The notes under the pieces were generated by a model. The model was given only the letters and a program-made list of their open reading frames with translations, had not been told where the DNA came from and searched no databases. Below, in pieces: positions 62,931-64,000 of a DNA stretch of 64,000 nt. Position 1 is the stretch's first letter; each line of letters starts with the position of its first letter. The DNA comes from Acidobacteriota bacterium (GTDB lineage: Bacteria > Acidobacteriota > UBA6911 > RPQK01 > JAJDTT01). The position numbers were made by a program, and so were the translations under genes. The stretch lies in NCBI GenBank assembly GCA_965209055.1, contig OZ242374.1, forward strand, positions 1,504,001 to 1,568,000. Direction: 5' to 3'.

Positions 62931-64000
62931 GTGAACCCCGCCGAGCGCGTCGCCCAGTTGCGCCAAGAGATCGAGGATCACAATTATCGCTACCACGTAC
63001 TGGACAACCCCACCATCTCCGACCGGGAGTTCGACCTCCTGTACCGGGAATTGGTCGAACTGGAGAAGGAGCACCCCGACCTGGTCTCGTCCGATTCCCC
63101 CACCCAAAGAGTGGGCGCCGAGCCGCAGGAGCGATTCCGAAAGGTGGCTCATCGCGAGCCCATGCTGAGTCTGGCCAACGCCTTCGACGAAGACGAACTG
63201 CAAGCCTTCTACGGCCGGGTAACGAAACAATTGGAGATGGATGAGATCGGGCTGGTGACCGAGCTCAAGATCGACGGAGTGGCGGTCTCATTGACCTACC
63301 GGAACGGCCGCCTGCATCACGGAGCCACCCGGGGAAGCGGTCTGGAGGGAGAGGACGTGACGTCGAACCTCCGGACCATCCGATCCCTGCCCCTTCGACT
63401 CCGGGAGGAACCCCACCCCTCCACTGCCGAGATCCGCGGAGAAATCTATTTTCCGCTGTCGGGGTTCGAGCGGGTCAACCGGCAGCGATCGGAGGAAGGA
63501 GAGGCCCCCTTCGCCAACCCTCGAAACGCGGCGGCCGGGGCCCTGCGCCAGCTCGATCCGGCCGTGACCGCGACCCGGCCCCTGGCGTTTTTCGCCTACT
63601 CCCTGGGCCATACGGAAGGACTGGGGTTCGCCTCACAGGGGGAGGTTCTCCAACAGTTGATTGGGTGGGGGTTTCCCGTCAATCCTCATCACCGGTCCCA
63701 TGCCGGCCTTGCGTCGGTCATCGAATACTGCCAGTCGTGGGAAGAGCAGCGCGACAGCATCGACTATGAGGTCGACGGCGTCGTGGTCAAGGTCGACCGC
63801 CTCGACCTTCAGGATCGTCTGGGCGCCGTCAGCCGCGAGCCGAGATGGGCCATCGCCTACAAGTTCGCCTCCCAGGTCGCGGCCACGCGCCTCGTCGAGA
63901 TCAGGCTCAACGTGGGCCGGACCGGGGCTCTCAATCCCTACGCGATTCTGGAGCCGGTGGAATTGGGCGGAGTCACCATCCGGACCGCCACGCTGCACAA
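62931..64000 (+). CDS. ligA: NAD-dependent DNA ligase, N-terminal part (runs off the window edge)
   Basis: Manual translation: HNYRYHVLDNPTISDREFD, DSPTQRVG, PMLSL, ELKIDG, TRG, EIRGE, FANPRNAAAG, DGVVVK, PRWAIAYKF; AGGAG RBS. Absent from the ORF track because it has no stop in the window. Confidence 0.96.
   Translation, partial: MNPAERVAQLRQEIEDHNYRYHVLDNPTISDREFDLLYRELVELEKEHPDLVSSDSPTQRVGAEPQERFRKVAHREPMLSLANAFDEDELQAFYGRVTKQLEMDEIGLVTELKIDGVAVSLTYRNGRLHHGATRGSGLEGEDVTSNLRTIRSLPLRLREEPHPSTAEIRGEIYFPLSGFERVNRQRSEEGEAPFANPRNAAAGALRQLDPAVTATRPLAFFAYSLGHTEGLGFASQGEVLQQLIGWGFPVNPHHRSHAGLASVIEYCQSWEEQRDSIDYEVDGVVVKVDRLDLQDRLGAVSREPRWAIAYKFASQVAATRLVEIRLNVGRTGALNPYAILEPVELGGVTIRTATLH

Noticed and set aside
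1-64000. tRNA, rRNA, integrase, transposase or prophage genes
   Set aside because: No recognisable signatures were found by eye; a covariance-model scan would be needed to fully exclude small RNAs.

Overview
A GC-rich bacterial chromosomal window. The gene content (Rieske/cyt b/multiheme cluster, FG-GAP/ASPIC protein, zf-HC2 proteins) suggests an Acidobacteriota-like organism; this is an inference. Region 2-22 kb is a large aerobic-respiration cluster: an A1-type aa3 oxidase (coxB, coxA, two coxC, subunit IV), a small CxxC protein, a Rieske protein, a split b6-type cytochrome b, an octaheme cytochrome c, a type-1-copper-like lipoprotein, ctaA, ctaB, an ABC transporter, DUF420 and a HEAT protein. 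A ~4 kb block (flavin reductase, O-methyltransferase, ParDE toxin-antitoxin pair, secreted beta-propeller) separates the ABC ATPase from its permease. The rest is mainly housekeeping: efp, addBA, ETF-QO, cstA, bactofilin, rnc, thiL, tlyA, ispA, xseAB, accD, folC, a three-gene acyl-CoA carboxylase, tal and partial ligA. Most notable: (1) a His-less bacterial homolog of the eukaryotic Janus/Ocnus (PHPT1 phosphohistidine phosphatase) fold with an Arg/Lys tail, next to a ferredoxin and a solo zf-HC2 protein; (2) a candidate ECF-promoter-driven sRNA exposing an anti-Shine-Dalgarno loop; (3) a 4x10-bp operator-like array upstream of parD; (4) two REP/REPIN families; (5) an AddB with a degenerate nuclease motif. 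No rRNA, tRNA, CRISPR array or transposase was seen. All family calls come from reading motifs by eye, not from database searches.
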